NCBI GenBank assembly: GCA_021295785.1
Contig: JAGWBR010000006.1
Span: 17,229 to 81,228, forward strand
DNA length: 64,000 nt
Direction of reading: 5' to 3'
Source: Gemmatimonadota bacterium
Lineage (GTDB): Bacteria > Gemmatimonadota > Gemmatimonadetes > Palauibacterales > Palauibacteraceae
A model generated the notes under the pieces. That model saw only the letters and a list, made by a program, of their open reading frames with translations. It searched no databases and was not told where the DNA came from. The position numbers and the translations under genes are program-made. Positions 43,814 to 53,887 of this stretch are shown here, piece after piece; position 1 is the first letter of the stretch, and each line of letters begins with the position of its first letter.

Positions 43814-45238
43814 TCAGTCCCAGAATGGCAAGTTGTGGCGCATCAGCCATCCCGCCACGGCGAGGGCGCTCAGGAACACGGCCACAGCGATGGTGCGGGT
43901 CCATGGTCCGCCGCGCCTCGGCAGCAACTCCCATGCACCCAGTGCCGGCAGCATTACCTCCGACCATACTTCCGCCAGGCGGAGCACCACATCCGACCAG
44001 ACCTCCGCGTAAGACCTGTCCAGCGCCTCCAGCGAGCGGCCCCACTCATCCAGCGCTTCCTTTAGTTCCGCATCGTCCGCGTCGAGGGGGGCCAGGTCGC
44101 GCGTGCCGAGTCGCTGCTCCAGCAGTGCCTGCCTGGCCTGCAAGTCGTCGAACGCTCCACCAAGCGCCGACGCTGCACCCGCCATCCGCTTCCGGATCGC
44201 CTCCCTGGCGGCCGCAACCGGTGGATCCTCCTGACCCGGTGGTTCCCTGCGCCGGTCCCGGGCGACCTGCCCCAACTCGTCCAGGAACACGCGGACGGTC
44301 CGGGCGGCGACGGCGTCTTGCGCGGCAAGGGCGTCGCCCCGCAACTGCCGCGCATCCAGCACCTTGATCTGTTCGGCCAGCGAATCGGACCGGCTTGCCT
44401 GCGACAACTTGGCGATTAGCGGACTCGCGGCGGTCTCCACCAAATCCGTGAAGTGGTCTTTGAAGAAGATCCTGTCGTGCGGAGGGGAGAGCGCATGTCC
44501 GGCACCCACCCGACCCACGGCGCTGCGGACCAGCGCGGGGATCGCCTTTTGCGTGGCGGCCACGGTCTCCATGCCGGCCGACCCGGCCGGGGCCACCTCG
44601 GCCAGGTTGAAGAGCCCGAGGCTGAGGTCGGATTCGTCTGCTCTGGCGGGTGGGGCACGCCCCTCCGCTCCCCTGGACGCCTCGACTGCTTCGGCGGCCT
44701 CTTGCGCGGTCAGATAATGGAGGAAGAGAGAACACTCCGGGCTGGTGACTCGGAGGGCCGGGCCGGCGGGGCCGGCCTCCACCGGATCTTCCAGCCTGAT
44801 TTCTTCGACTGGCCATTTCACCGTGTAATGGTGCCGGTGAGCCAGCAGGTGCAGGCCAACCCTTGTGATGAGGGCGAGGTGGGGTCCTTCGATCACCGTG
44901 CCCTGGACCGTCCCCGTTACCGCCGTCCCCACAATGCAGACAATGCCCTCGCCGGCTGCCTGAGTCAGGGCGGCCTGCCGGGCGTCGGCGTCGATGGCCG
45001 TATTGAGGTCGGTTTCCAGTTCTTGAATGTCGTCCGGGGCGCCCTGGAGGACCATTGTCCAGTCGCCGCCGAACACGAACATCAGCCCGGACCGCACCGC
45101 CGTAGCGAACACGCCGTGGAAGTCTATCTGTTCACCGTCGACTTCAAGGCCCCTGCCTGTGGCGGCCACCTCCGCCTCCCGAATAATCGGCTGGCCTTCG
45201 CGCAAAACGTCCAGACGGAATCCGGGGTAGTCGGCCAT
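43814..45238 (-). CDS. Hypothetical 474-aa tail-anchored protein (two beta-rich N-terminal modules, a long helical region, a C-terminal TM helix)
   Basis: ATG 45238-45236 overlaps the upstream TGA by 1 nt. [24 protein letters not shown].... C-terminal TM helix WTRTIAVAVFLSALAVAGWLM. No family recognised. The N-terminal 59 codons of ORF 43814..45415 are rejected. Confidence 0.6.
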   Translation of the reverse strand: MADYPGFRLDVLREGQPIIREAEVAATGRGLEVDGEQIDFHGVFATAVRSGLMFVFGGDWTMVLQGAPDDIQELETDLNTAIDADARQAALTQAAGEGIVCIVGTAVTGTVQGTVIEGPHLALITRVGLHLLAHRHHYTVKWPVEEIRLEDPVEAGPAGPALRVTSPECSLFLHYLTAQEAAEAVEASRGAEGRAPPARADESDLSLGLFNLAEVAPAGSAGMETVAATQKAIPALVRSAVGRVGAGHALSPPHDRIFFKDHFTDLVETAASPLIAKLSQASRSDSLAEQIKVLDARQLRGDALAAQDAVAARTVRVFLDELGQVARDRRREPPGQEDPPVAAAREAIRKRMAGAASALGGAFDDLQARQALLEQRLGTRDLAPLDADDAELKEALDEWGRSLEALDRSYAEVWSDVVLRLAEVWSEVMLPALGAWELLPRRGGPWTRTIAVAVFLSALAVAGWLMRHNLPFWD

Positions 45239-46269
45239 CAGCGAGCGATTACGTCCGCCAGGAGTGTCGGTTCGATGTTCCCTCCCGAGAGTACCGCGAC
45301 CACCTGCCCCCCCGCGGCCGCGGCAGCCGTCGCCGACGGTGCGGCCCCGCCAAGAACAGCCGCCACCGTCGCGGCACCCGATGGCTCCACCACGAGGCGT
45401 CGCCTGTGCAGCCACCCGACAGCCGAAAGGATTTGTTCGTCAGTTACGGTCGCGACTTCGTCCAGTAACGCCCTGCAGTGGGCGAAGGTCAAATCACCGG
45501 GGCGGAGAGGCTTCAGCCCGTCGGCCACCGTGTTCGCACTGTCCAGTGTGACAACCGAACCCTGCCTGATCGAACGCCGCATCGCATCCGCCGCTTCCGG
45601 CTCAACCCCGATAACCCTTGCCTCGGGGCGAAGTGCCTTGACCGCGGTGGACACGCCGGCGGCCAGACCGCCACCACCAATCGGCACAAGCACGACATCC
45701 GGTCCGGCTGGCGACTGTTCGTCCAACCGGTTCGCAAGGGCCTCGGCTTGTTCGCAAATCTCAAGCCCGACCGTGCCCTGACCGGCGATGATGTCGGGAT
45801 GGTCGAAAGGAGGCACCATCACTCCCCCCTCCTCGTCCAGAATCTCCTCGGCGCGGAGACGGCGCGATTCGGAAGTGGTTCCCGCAAACTCCACGGTGGC
45901 GCCGAGGGCTTCCGTCGCCCTTCGCTTTATCCCGGGTGCGTCGTCGGGCATGGTTATCAGGGCCGACACACCGAACGAGCGTGCGGCGAATGCCACGGCC
46001 TGGGCGTGGTTGCCCGATGAATAGGTTATCAACCCCTTCGCCCGCGTTCCCGCCGGAACGCGACTCACGAAATTGTAGGCGCCGCGGGCCTTGAAGGCGC
46101 AAATCCGCTGGAGGTTTTCGCACTTGAGCCAAATCCGGGCACCGGTGCCGCCCGACGGGCTCCCTGGTGGCAGCGACGCGGGGATGAGCGGCGTCCGCCA
46201 AACCGCCCCGCCTATTCGGCCCGCCGCCGCCCGAATGTCCTGCAGTGAAACCAAGTGGGGCGCGGTCAC
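45238..46269 (-). CDS. PLP-dependent threonine/serine dehydratase (no ACT regulatory domain)
   Basis: 343 aa. [18 protein letters not shown] (PLP Lys), [25 protein letters not shown] overlap with gyrA. Confidence 0.85.
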   Translation of the reverse strand: MTAPHLVSLQDIRAAAGRIGGAVWRTPLIPASLPPGSPSGGTGARIWLKCENLQRICAFKARGAYNFVSRVPAGTRAKGLITYSSGNHAQAVAFAARSFGVSALITMPDDAPGIKRRATEALGATVEFAGTTSESRRLRAEEILDEEGGVMVPPFDHPDIIAGQGTVGLEICEQAEALANRLDEQSPAGPDVVLVPIGGGGLAAGVSTAVKALRPEARVIGVEPEAADAMRRSIRQGSVVTLDSANTVADGLKPLRPGDLTFAHCRALLDEVATVTDEQILSAVGWLHRRRLVVEPSGAATVAAVLGGAAPSATAAAAAGGQVVAVLSGGNIEPTLLADVIAR

Positions 46270-48836
46270 CCGGAACCGCCGGAAGGCGGAGCGACCCCCT
46301 CGCCCGCGGCCACCGCGGACTCCTCCGCCACCGCCGGGGCGACCTCACCACCGTCGGCGGGAGGCTCGTCGCCCTCCGGCGGGGTACCGTTGCCATCCAT
46401 GGGGTCAGGCGGAACCAGGGCCGCGTCCACCAGGGTGTCTGACTTGTCCAGCGCAATCAAGCGCACGCCCCGCGTGTAGCGACCAATCACCCGGATTTCG
46501 GAGACGGGCTGCCGGTTGATGACCCCGTGTTGGGTCACCAGCATCAACTCGTCACCGTCTTCGACCTCGCGCACGGCCACTACGTGCCCCAGCCCGGCCT
46601 TGGGGTGAACGTTGATGACACCCAAACCGCCACGGCGGCGCAGCGGGTATTCTGCAAGCTGGGTCCTCTTCCCGATCCCGCCGACCGTGGCCGTGAGCAG
46701 AGTCGCGTCCCGGCGTGCTACCACCAATCCCACCACAATGTCATCGCCTCGCAGGGTAACGCCGCGGACGCCGCGGGCCATCCTGCCCATCTGTCTTACA
46801 TCGGTTTCGTGAAACCTGATGACCCGCCCCTTGCGCGTGGCCAGCATCACATCGTTATCACCGTCGGTCACCTGGACGTCGATCAGCTCGTCGCCGTCAG
46901 CCAGCTGGCAAGCCCAAATCCCGTTGGCCCGGACATTCGAAAACAAGTCCAACCGTACGCGCTTCACCACACCCCGACGCGTGGCGAACATCAGGGTTTG
47001 TCCGCCGCCCAGGCCGCGAACGTTGATGACCGCCGCGATCTTCTCGCCCTTCTCCATCTTGAGCAGGTTGGCCACGTGCCTGCCCTGCGCCGCGCGCCTT
47101 GTCTCGGGCACTTCCCAGGCCCTGAGGCGGTAGACGCGCCCGCCGCCGGTGAAAACGAGCAGCGTATCGTGGGTTGACGTCAATAGCAGCCTGTCGACGC
47201 CGTCGTCCTCCCTCGTGCCCATCCCCTGGATTCCCCGGCCACCGCGCCTTTGGGCTCGGTACACGCCGGGCTCGGTGCGCTTCACGTACCCGCCCCGCGA
47301 GAACGTGACGACCGTGGGTTCGTCGGCAATCAGGTCAACTGTGGAGAGGTGGGCGTAGTGACCGAGAATCTCGGTGCGGCGCTTGTCTCCGTGCTTGTTG
47401 GCAGACTGGCGCAGCTCGTTTTTGACGATCGACATTCGCTGCGTCCGGGAACCGAGGATGCTCTCCAGGTCTTCGCGGAGGGCCCGGACCGTACGCAGTT
47501 CCTCTTCGAGTTTCTCGGTTTCCAGGCTGGTGAGGCGGCTCAGCCGCATGTCGAGCACTGCCCCCGCCTGGCGCTCGGTCAGGTCGAACTCCTCCCGGAG
47601 CGCTCGGGACGCTTTTTTGGCATCGCGGGATCCCCGAATGATCTTGATCACCCTGTCTATCGCCCCGACGGCGATGACAAGACCCTCCAAGACGTGCTCT
47701 CGGTCGCGGGCCGCGGCCAGCTCGAATTCGGTCCTCCGCACAACGACCTCGTGACGGTGGGCCACGAACCGTTCGAGCAGTGCCTTCAGGCCCAGGACCT
47801 TGGGACGGCCCCTGTCCAGGGCGAGCAGGATGGCACCGAAGTGGTTTTGAAGTTGGGTGTGCTTGTAGAGCTGATTGAGGACCACTTGCTCCATGGCACC
47901 GCGCTTGAGGTCGACCACTACCCGGATGCCGTCGCGCCCCGATTCGTCGCGCAGGTCGGAGATGTCGGTGATGCGCCGGTCGCGGACCAGTTGGGCGATC
48001 TGCCGCACCAACCGGGCCTTGTTGACCATGAACGGGATCTCGGTGATGATGATCCTGGTCCGATTGTCCCGGCGTTCCTCGATCTCCGTGCGCCCTCGGA
48101 CGATCAGCTTCCCGCGCCCCTCGCGGTAGGTGTCGGCTATGCCCTCGGTTCCCAGGAGGAGCCCGCCGGTAGGGAAGTCAGGACCCGGCATCGATTCCAT
48201 CAGGTCGTCTACGGTCGCCGTGGGGTCGTCGATCAGCTTGCAGCAGGCCTCCACCGCCTCGCCCAGGTTGTGGGGAGGGATGTTTGTGGCCATTCCCACG
48301 GCAATGCCCGACGAGCCGTTGACCAACAGGTTGGGGATTGCGGCCGGCAGCACAACGGGCTCTTCCAGGCGCCCGTCGAAGTTCGGCTGAAAGTCAACCG
48401 TTTCCTTGTCGATGTCGGCGAGCATGTCGCCCGACACCGACGCCAGGCGGGCTTCGGTGTAGCGGTAGGCTGCGGCCGAATCCCCGTCGACCGACCCGAA
48501 GTTGCCCTGGCCGTCGACCAGAGGGTAGCGAAGCGAGAAATCCTGCGCCATCCTGACGAGCGAATTGTAAACGGCGCCGTCGCCGTGAGGATGGTACTTG
48601 CCGAGGACGTCGCCCACGACCGTGGCGCATTTCTTGTACGGTCGGTTGCTGGAAAGCCCGGCCTCCAGCATCGCGTAGAGGATGCGGCGGTGGACCGGTT
48701 TCAGGCCGTCCCGAACGTCGGGGAGGGCACGCTGCACAATCACGCTCATCGAGTAGTCGATGAACGACGAGCGCATTTCGGCTTCTAGCGTTCTGGTCTG
48801 GTCGTCGCCGGTATCGAGACCCTGGGACTCGTCCAT
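46266..48836 (-). CDS. gyrA: DNA gyrase subunit A
   Basis: 856 aa. [29 protein letters not shown], the active-site [11 protein letters not shown]-terminal beta-pinwheel repeats, and an acidic tail. Confidence 0.97.
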   Translation of the reverse strand: MDESQGLDTGDDQTRTLEAEMRSSFIDYSMSVIVQRALPDVRDGLKPVHRRILYAMLEAGLSSNRPYKKCATVVGDVLGKYHPHGDGAVYNSLVRMAQDFSLRYPLVDGQGNFGSVDGDSAAAYRYTEARLASVSGDMLADIDKETVDFQPNFDGRLEEPVVLPAAIPNLLVNGSSGIAVGMATNIPPHNLGEAVEACCKLIDDPTATVDDLMESMPGPDFPTGGLLLGTEGIADTYREGRGKLIVRGRTEIEERRDNRTRIIITEIPFMVNKARLVRQIAQLVRDRRITDISDLRDESGRDGIRVVVDLKRGAMEQVVLNQLYKHTQLQNHFGAILLALDRGRPKVLGLKALLERFVAHRHEVVVRRTEFELAAARDREHVLEGLVIAVGAIDRVIKIIRGSRDAKKASRALREEFDLTERQAGAVLDMRLSRLTSLETEKLEEELRTVRALREDLESILGSRTQRMSIVKNELRQSANKHGDKRRTEILGHYAHLSTVDLIADEPTVVTFSRGGYVKRTEPGVYRAQRRGGRGIQGMGTREDDGVDRLLLTSTHDTLLVFTGGGRVYRLRAWEVPETRRAAQGRHVANLLKMEKGEKIAAVINVRGLGGGQTLMFATRRGVVKRVRLDLFSNVRANGIWACQLADGDELIDVQVTDGDNDVMLATRKGRVIRFHETDVRQMGRMARGVRGVTLRGDDIVVGLVVARRDATLLTATVGGIGKRTQLAEYPLRRRGGLGVINVHPKAGLGHVVAVREVEDGDELMLVTQHGVINRQPVSEIRVIGRYTRGVRLIALDKSDTLVDAALVPPDPMDGNGTPPEGDEPPADGGEVAPAVAEESAVAAGEGVAPPSGGSG

Positions 48837-48929
48837 TTAACTCCGTGCGGGAAGGCGTCCTTTGAAGACTCGCGGCGTTGTCGCCCGGCGGGGTGCAAAA
48901 CCGGTCTGGAATAACCCTCCAAACTACTC

Positions 48930-51923
48930 TCAGATGAGGCTCTTTGCTGCCGGTTCGCGAACGATTCCGCTGGCTTCGGCGGCCCATTTTCCGAGGTGTT
49001 TGCCGGTGGCCGTGTCGGCTCGTTCGGCAATCTCGGCCGGAGTGCCCCGGGCCACCACGCATCCGCCGCCGGCACCCGCTCCCGGACCCATGTCGATGAT
49101 CCAGTCGGCCCTGGCGATGAAGGCTGGATTGTGCTCAACGGTGAGCACCGTGTGGCCGCCGTCGGCGAGGCCGGACAAGACATCGACGAGGCCGTTGATT
49201 TCGCCCGCGCCGAGGCCGACCGTTGGTTCGTCGAGCACGTACAGAACTTTGTTCCGCCCGCGCCCGCGCCCGCCGCCGCGGGCGCGGGCGCCGAGTTCGC
49301 GGGCGATCTTGAGCCGCTGGGCTTCGCCCCCCGAGAGCGTGGTGGCCGGCTGCCCGAGTTTCAAGTAGCCCAGACCCACACGGGCCAGCATCCACAACCT
49401 GCGCCCGAACGCGTCGCTGCGAATGAAGAACCTGATGGCCTCGCTCACGGTCAGGTTGAGGGCATCCGCGATCGACAGGCCGCGGACCTTGATTTCGAGC
49501 ACGTCCGGTCGGAACCGGCTGCCCCGGCACCGCTCGCAGGGCGCGTTGACGTCGGCCAGGAAGACCATCTCAATGACCTCTTCACCAGTGCCCCGACACT
49601 GCGGGCACTGCCCGAGCGGACTGTTGAACGAGAAGTGCCCTGCCCCGAACCCCCGCCGCCGCGCCTCCGGTTGGGCGGCGTACATCTGGCGCAGTTCCGA
49701 AAACGCGCCGATGTAGGTGACCGGACTGGACCGGGAGCTGCGGCCCACGGGCGACTGGTCCACCACCGCCAACCTCCCGAGCTCCTCGCCCCCTTCGAAG
49801 GCGGTCCATCGTCCTTCCGGGTCGCCAAGGTAACGCTTCGCGCCGGAGTCGCCGTCCAGCCTGGTCTGCATGGCCTGGCAGATGATTCCGCGCACCAGAC
49901 TGGACTTGCCCGATCCCGACACACCGGTAACGACGGTCAGGGCACCGAGGGGCACCTCGACATCCACTCCCTGCACGTTGTGGAGTCTGCCCCCGGTCAG
50001 TCGAAGCGTTTCCGCGGGAACGTCCGGAGACGTTTCCGCGGGAACGTTTTGAGACCCACAGCGGCCGTCGCCGGGCAGCCGGGCACCGCCGCTGAACCCG
50101 CAGCCGGCAGAGACCGCCATCGCTTTGCCCGTGGCCGAGCCCGCTTCCAACATGCTCTGCCACGATCCGACGAAAACCACTTCTCCGCCGTCCGCGCCGG
50201 CCTTTGGACCCAGTTCAATAATCTCTGAAGCCTGGCGCATGACGGTCGCGTCGTGCTCCACCGCGACCACGGTGTTGCCGCGGTCGGCGAGCGACTGCAG
50301 GGCCGCGCTCAGGCGTTCGGTGTCTTCCGGGTGCAGACCGGTGGTCGGCTCGTCCAGCACATAAAGCGTGTCCGTGAGGCCGCTCCCCAGGCATCCCGCC
50401 AGCCTGATCCGCTGCATTTCGCCCGCCGACAGAGACCGGGCCTGCCGGTCCAGCGCCAGATAATCCAGCCCTACCCCCACCAGGAAGAAGGCCCGTGACC
50501 GAATCTCCTCAAGCACGGTCGCCGCGAGTCCCCGCTGAAAGGGCGTGAGGCCCATGTCTCCGCCGACCCAGTCGTGCAACTCAAGAATCGTCATGCCCGC
50601 ACCGTCGGAAATGGCGAGTCCGTCTACCTTGACGTTGGCGGCGGCCGGCGCGTCGCACTGCCGCGGCATTTGGTACTGCCGAAGAAACGTCCGGATATAG
50701 GGCTTGTATTTCTTGCGCTCACGCGACCGCAGGAACGGGACGACTCCGCGAAAACGCTTGCCCTCACGCCGGCCGCCCTCCAACAACAGTCGGCGATCAG
50801 CCTCGGGCAGGTCGCGCCAGGCGCAGCCGGTGTCGATTCCTGCTGCACCGGCGAATTCACTCACGTTGCTGCGTTCCCCGCTGTAACGGGGCTTGGTCCA
50901 GGGGTCCAGCGCACCTTTGTCCAACGAACGCCCCGGATCCGGCACGATCAAGTCTTCGGTGTACTCCAGCACTGCACCGAACCCCTTGCACTCGGGGCAC
51001 GCCCCGGCCGCACTGTTGAAGCTGAACAGGTTCGGTTCGGGATGGGGAAACTCGTCACCGCATTCGGCGCATCGATGCCTCAGGTCAAAGGGCCGCCTGA
51101 TTGGCGCACCGGCCGCTACGTATTCCAGGACCAAGGCACGGCCCCTGCCCTCGGCGAAAGCGACGGTCAGCGAATCCGCCAACCGAGAGCGAAACGCCCC
51201 AAACGCTTCCCGGCCAGACCCGGCGGGGGCTTCCGGGTCGCCCGGAGCCGTCAGCCGATCGACCACCACGAGTAGCTCGTCCGCATCGGCCAGCGGGGTT
51301 ACCACGCTCTCGTGGCTTGAATCGGGCCGCGGGTCGGTACCCAAGTCGCCCAGATAAACCTCCCGCCCGTCGGCGATGACCCGAAGAAACCCCCTGGACC
51401 GGATCCCCATTGCGGCCGTCGCGGCCCGCGACAGACCGGACACGGGTTCAAAGGGAGCCGCGACAATGACCCGCCGCCCGGCTTCCACACCACACAGCTC
51501 CGCGGTGGCCGAAGAGACCGAGTCGGGACGCACGGGTCTGTCACAGCGCGGGCAAATCGTGATCCCGGAACGAGCCCACAGCAGCCGCATGCAGTCGTAG
51601 ATGTCGGAAACCGTTCCCACGGTGGAGCGGCTCGACTGAACCTGGTTGCCCTGGCCAATCGCCACTGACGGGGGCAGGCCCTCGATCCGGTCCACGGCGG
51701 GCTTGGGCATCCGCTCCAGGAACTGCTTTGCGTAGGTGGACAGCGACTCGATGTACTTCCGCTGCCCCTCGGCGTACAACGTGTGAAACACCAGGCTGGA
51801 CTTCCCCGAGCCGGACGGCCCGGTCACAGCCGTGAGGGCGCCTCGCCGAATTTGCACGTTCACGCCCTTGAGGTTGTGCTGGCGGGCCCCAAAAACGCGA
51901 ATGGTCTGTTCGTTCGATGGCAT
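48930..51923 (-). CDS. uvrA: Excinuclease ABC subunit A
   Basis: 997 aa. GARQHNLKGVNV...VTGPSGSGKSSLVFHTLYAEGQRKYIESLSTYAKQF, with a second ABC module ...VTGVSGSGKSSLV.... Signature motifs LSAGEMQRIRLA and LSGGEAQRLKIA. Confidence 0.93.
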   Translation of the reverse strand: MPSNEQTIRVFGARQHNLKGVNVQIRRGALTAVTGPSGSGKSSLVFHTLYAEGQRKYIESLSTYAKQFLERMPKPAVDRIEGLPPSVAIGQGNQVQSSRSTVGTVSDIYDCMRLLWARSGITICPRCDRPVRPDSVSSATAELCGVEAGRRVIVAAPFEPVSGLSRAATAAMGIRSRGFLRVIADGREVYLGDLGTDPRPDSSHESVVTPLADADELLVVVDRLTAPGDPEAPAGSGREAFGAFRSRLADSLTVAFAEGRGRALVLEYVAAGAPIRRPFDLRHRCAECGDEFPHPEPNLFSFNSAAGACPECKGFGAVLEYTEDLIVPDPGRSLDKGALDPWTKPRYSGERSNVSEFAGAAGIDTGCAWRDLPEADRRLLLEGGRREGKRFRGVVPFLRSRERKKYKPYIRTFLRQYQMPRQCDAPAAANVKVDGLAISDGAGMTILELHDWVGGDMGLTPFQRGLAATVLEEIRSRAFFLVGVGLDYLALDRQARSLSAGEMQRIRLAGCLGSGLTDTLYVLDEPTTGLHPEDTERLSAALQSLADRGNTVVAVEHDATVMRQASEIIELGPKAGADGGEVVFVGSWQSMLEAGSATGKAMAVSAGCGFSGGARLPGDGRCGSQNVPAETSPDVPAETLRLTGGRLHNVQGVDVEVPLGALTVVTGVSGSGKSSLVRGIICQAMQTRLDGDSGAKRYLGDPEGRWTAFEGGEELGRLAVVDQSPVGRSSRSSPVTYIGAFSELRQMYAAQPEARRRGFGAGHFSFNSPLGQCPQCRGTGEEVIEMVFLADVNAPCERCRGSRFRPDVLEIKVRGLSIADALNLTVSEAIRFFIRSDAFGRRLWMLARVGLGYLKLGQPATTLSGGEAQRLKIARELGARARGGGRGRGRNKVLYVLDEPTVGLGAGEINGLVDVLSGLADGGHTVLTVEHNPAFIARADWIIDMGPGAGAGGGCVVARGTPAEIAERADTATGKHLGKWAAEASGIVREPAAKSLI
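50007..50047. repeat. In-frame 24-bp-period tandem duplication inside uvrA
   Basis: CGTTTCCGCGGGAACGT occurs at 50007-50023 and again at 50031-50047. It encodes VPAETSPD-VPAETLRL in the inter-module linker. Confidence 0.9.
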
Positions 51924-51969
51924 CCTGTAGGTTAGCGGAGGTGCTGCCCTGCCGGTACCTTCCCGTCCA

Positions 51970-53853
51970 ATGGAATCTGAAGTATTCAGAGAGGACGAGC
52001 GCCTCGGTAAGGCGTACGACGCCAGACTGATGCGCCGCCTGCTGCGCTACCTCCGTCCCTATTGGACCAAGGCAGCGCTGGCAGTGCTCATGCTGATCGT
52101 AGCGTCCGGGCTCGCGCTGGTTGGTCCCTGGCTAACAAAGGAAGCAATCGACAAGGCGATCCCCGCGGGCGACTGGGGGATGATCCGCAACCTCTCGCTG
52201 CTGTTCATCGCCTCGCTGGTTCTGTCGGGGCTCCTTGAGTACGGACGGACAATTCTTACGACGTGGATCGGCCAGAACGTGATGCTGGATTTGCGCCGGC
52301 AGATCTTCGACCAGCTGCAGCGCCTCCGGCCCGCCTACTTCGACCGCAATCCGGTCGGCCGGCTGATGACTCGCCTGACCAGCGATGTTGAGGTCCTGAA
52401 CGAAATGTTCACGTCCGGCGTGGTGACCGTGTTCGGCGACGTGTTCACCGTGCTTTTCATCATGGGCGGTATGCTGCTCATGGACTGGCGACTGGCCCTG
52501 GTCACATTCGCCGTGCTGCCTCTGCTGTTCCTGTGTGCGATGGTCTTTCGGTCCAAGGTCAGGAAGGCCTACCGCGACATTCGGGTGCGCCTGGCCAGGA
52601 TCAACGCGTTTCTGCAGGAACGTCTCACGGGGATGACGGTAGTGCAATTGTTCGGCCACGAGGGCCCCACCCGCGACCGTTTCAGAACCGCCAACGCCGA
52701 TCACCTGGACGCCCACCTCCGGTCGATTACGTACTACGCCCTGTTCTTCCCGGTCGTTGAGCTCCTGGCGTCGACCGCGATGGCGCTGATTCTCTGGTAC
52801 GGCGGCGGCCGTGCCCTGGAAGGTGTGGTCACGATCGGTGTCGTTGCCGCGTTCTTGCAATATGCCCGGCGGTTTTTCCGGCCCATTCAGGACCTGTCAG
52901 AGAAATACAACGTGCTTCAGGGCGCGATGGCCAGTTCAGAGCGGATCTTCCTGTTGCTGGACGAGGAGCCGGGGATCGCTGACCCCGGGGAGCCGATCGC
53001 ATTGGCGGACCGGCCAGTCTTGGGCCGGGTGGAGTTTGAGGACGTCTGGTTCCGGTATCTGAGCCCCGAGGAGGACGCCGGGACCAACGGCGAACTTGCC
53101 GAGGCGGCCGGGGCGGCACTGTGGCAGGGCGCCGAGGGCCGGCACGGGGCCAGCGACGAGGGGTGGGTCCTGCGCGGGGTGAGTTTCATTGTCGAACCCG
53201 GGGAGCGATTGGCGGTCGTCGGGGCAACGGGGGCCGGGAAGACGACTCTGTTCAGCCTGCTCCTGCGCTTCTACGAACCGCAACGAGGGCGCATACTCCT
53301 GGACGGGCACGACATCCGCGACTACAGCCTTGCCGACCTGCGCCGGCAGACCGGGCTGGTTCAACAAGACGTTTTCCTGTTTTCCGGTTCAGCCCGTCAG
53401 AACATCGCGCTGGACCGTGCCGGGATTGCGGAGGGCGAGGTGAAAGAGGCCGCTCTGCGGGTGGGCGTGGATTCGCACCTGACCCGGCTCCGGGACGGGT
53501 ACGGTACCAAGCTGGGCGAGCGGGGCAGCAAGCTCTCGGTCGGCGAGAAGCAACTTGTTTCGTTTGCGCGGGCTCTGGCGGGAGATCCCAGGATCCTGCT
53601 CCTTGACGAGGCGACCAGCTCTGTCGATTCGGAGATCGAGGCCGAAATCCAGGCTGCTCTCGTGCGCCTGCAGGAGGGGAGGACCAGTATCGTTATCGCC
53701 CACCGCCTCTCAACCGTGCAGGGAGCCGACCGGATTCTGGTGTTGCACCACGGGAAGATCGCCGAGTCGGGCGACCATGACGCGCTGCTCCAGCGGGAGG
53801 GACTCTACGCCAAACTGTACCGGCTTCAGTTCGCCCGGCCGGCGGCGGCCTGA
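51970..53853 (+). CDS. ABC exporter, fused permease/ATPase, MsbA-like
   Basis: 627 aa. A 6-TM exporter domain followed by an NBD (GATGAGKTTLFSLL, LSVGEKQLVSFARAL, ILLLDEATS). Convergent with waaA. There is a ~40-aa insertion before Walker A. Confidence 0.85.
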   Translation: MESEVFREDERLGKAYDARLMRRLLRYLRPYWTKAALAVLMLIVASGLALVGPWLTKEAIDKAIPAGDWGMIRNLSLLFIASLVLSGLLEYGRTILTTWIGQNVMLDLRRQIFDQLQRLRPAYFDRNPVGRLMTRLTSDVEVLNEMFTSGVVTVFGDVFTVLFIMGGMLLMDWRLALVTFAVLPLLFLCAMVFRSKVRKAYRDIRVRLARINAFLQERLTGMTVVQLFGHEGPTRDRFRTANADHLDAHLRSITYYALFFPVVELLASTAMALILWYGGGRALEGVVTIGVVAAFLQYARRFFRPIQDLSEKYNVLQGAMASSERIFLLLDEEPGIADPGEPIALADRPVLGRVEFEDVWFRYLSPEEDAGTNGELAEAAGAALWQGAEGRHGASDEGWVLRGVSFIVEPGERLAVVGATGAGKTTLFSLLLRFYEPQRGRILLDGHDIRDYSLADLRRQTGLVQQDVFLFSGSARQNIALDRAGIAEGEVKEAALRVGVDSHLTRLRDGYGTKLGERGSKLSVGEKQLVSFARALAGDPRILLLDEATSSVDSEIEAEIQAALVRLQEGRTSIVIAHRLSTVQGADRILVLHHGKIAESGDHDALLQREGLYAKLYRLQFARPAAA

Positions 53854-53887
53854 CTTTCCTCAAGAGGCGAGACCGGTCGCGGTTTTT

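Noticed and set aside
50560-50720. A possible loss of one zinc-finger cysteine pair in UvrA (...FLRQYQMPRQCDAPAAANVKVDGLAI..., where the canonical proteins have C-x2-C-x-G-x-R-L).
   Set aside because: I cannot align reliably by eye in this variable region, and the rest of the protein is canonical. A proper alignment is needed before claiming a degenerate zinc module.
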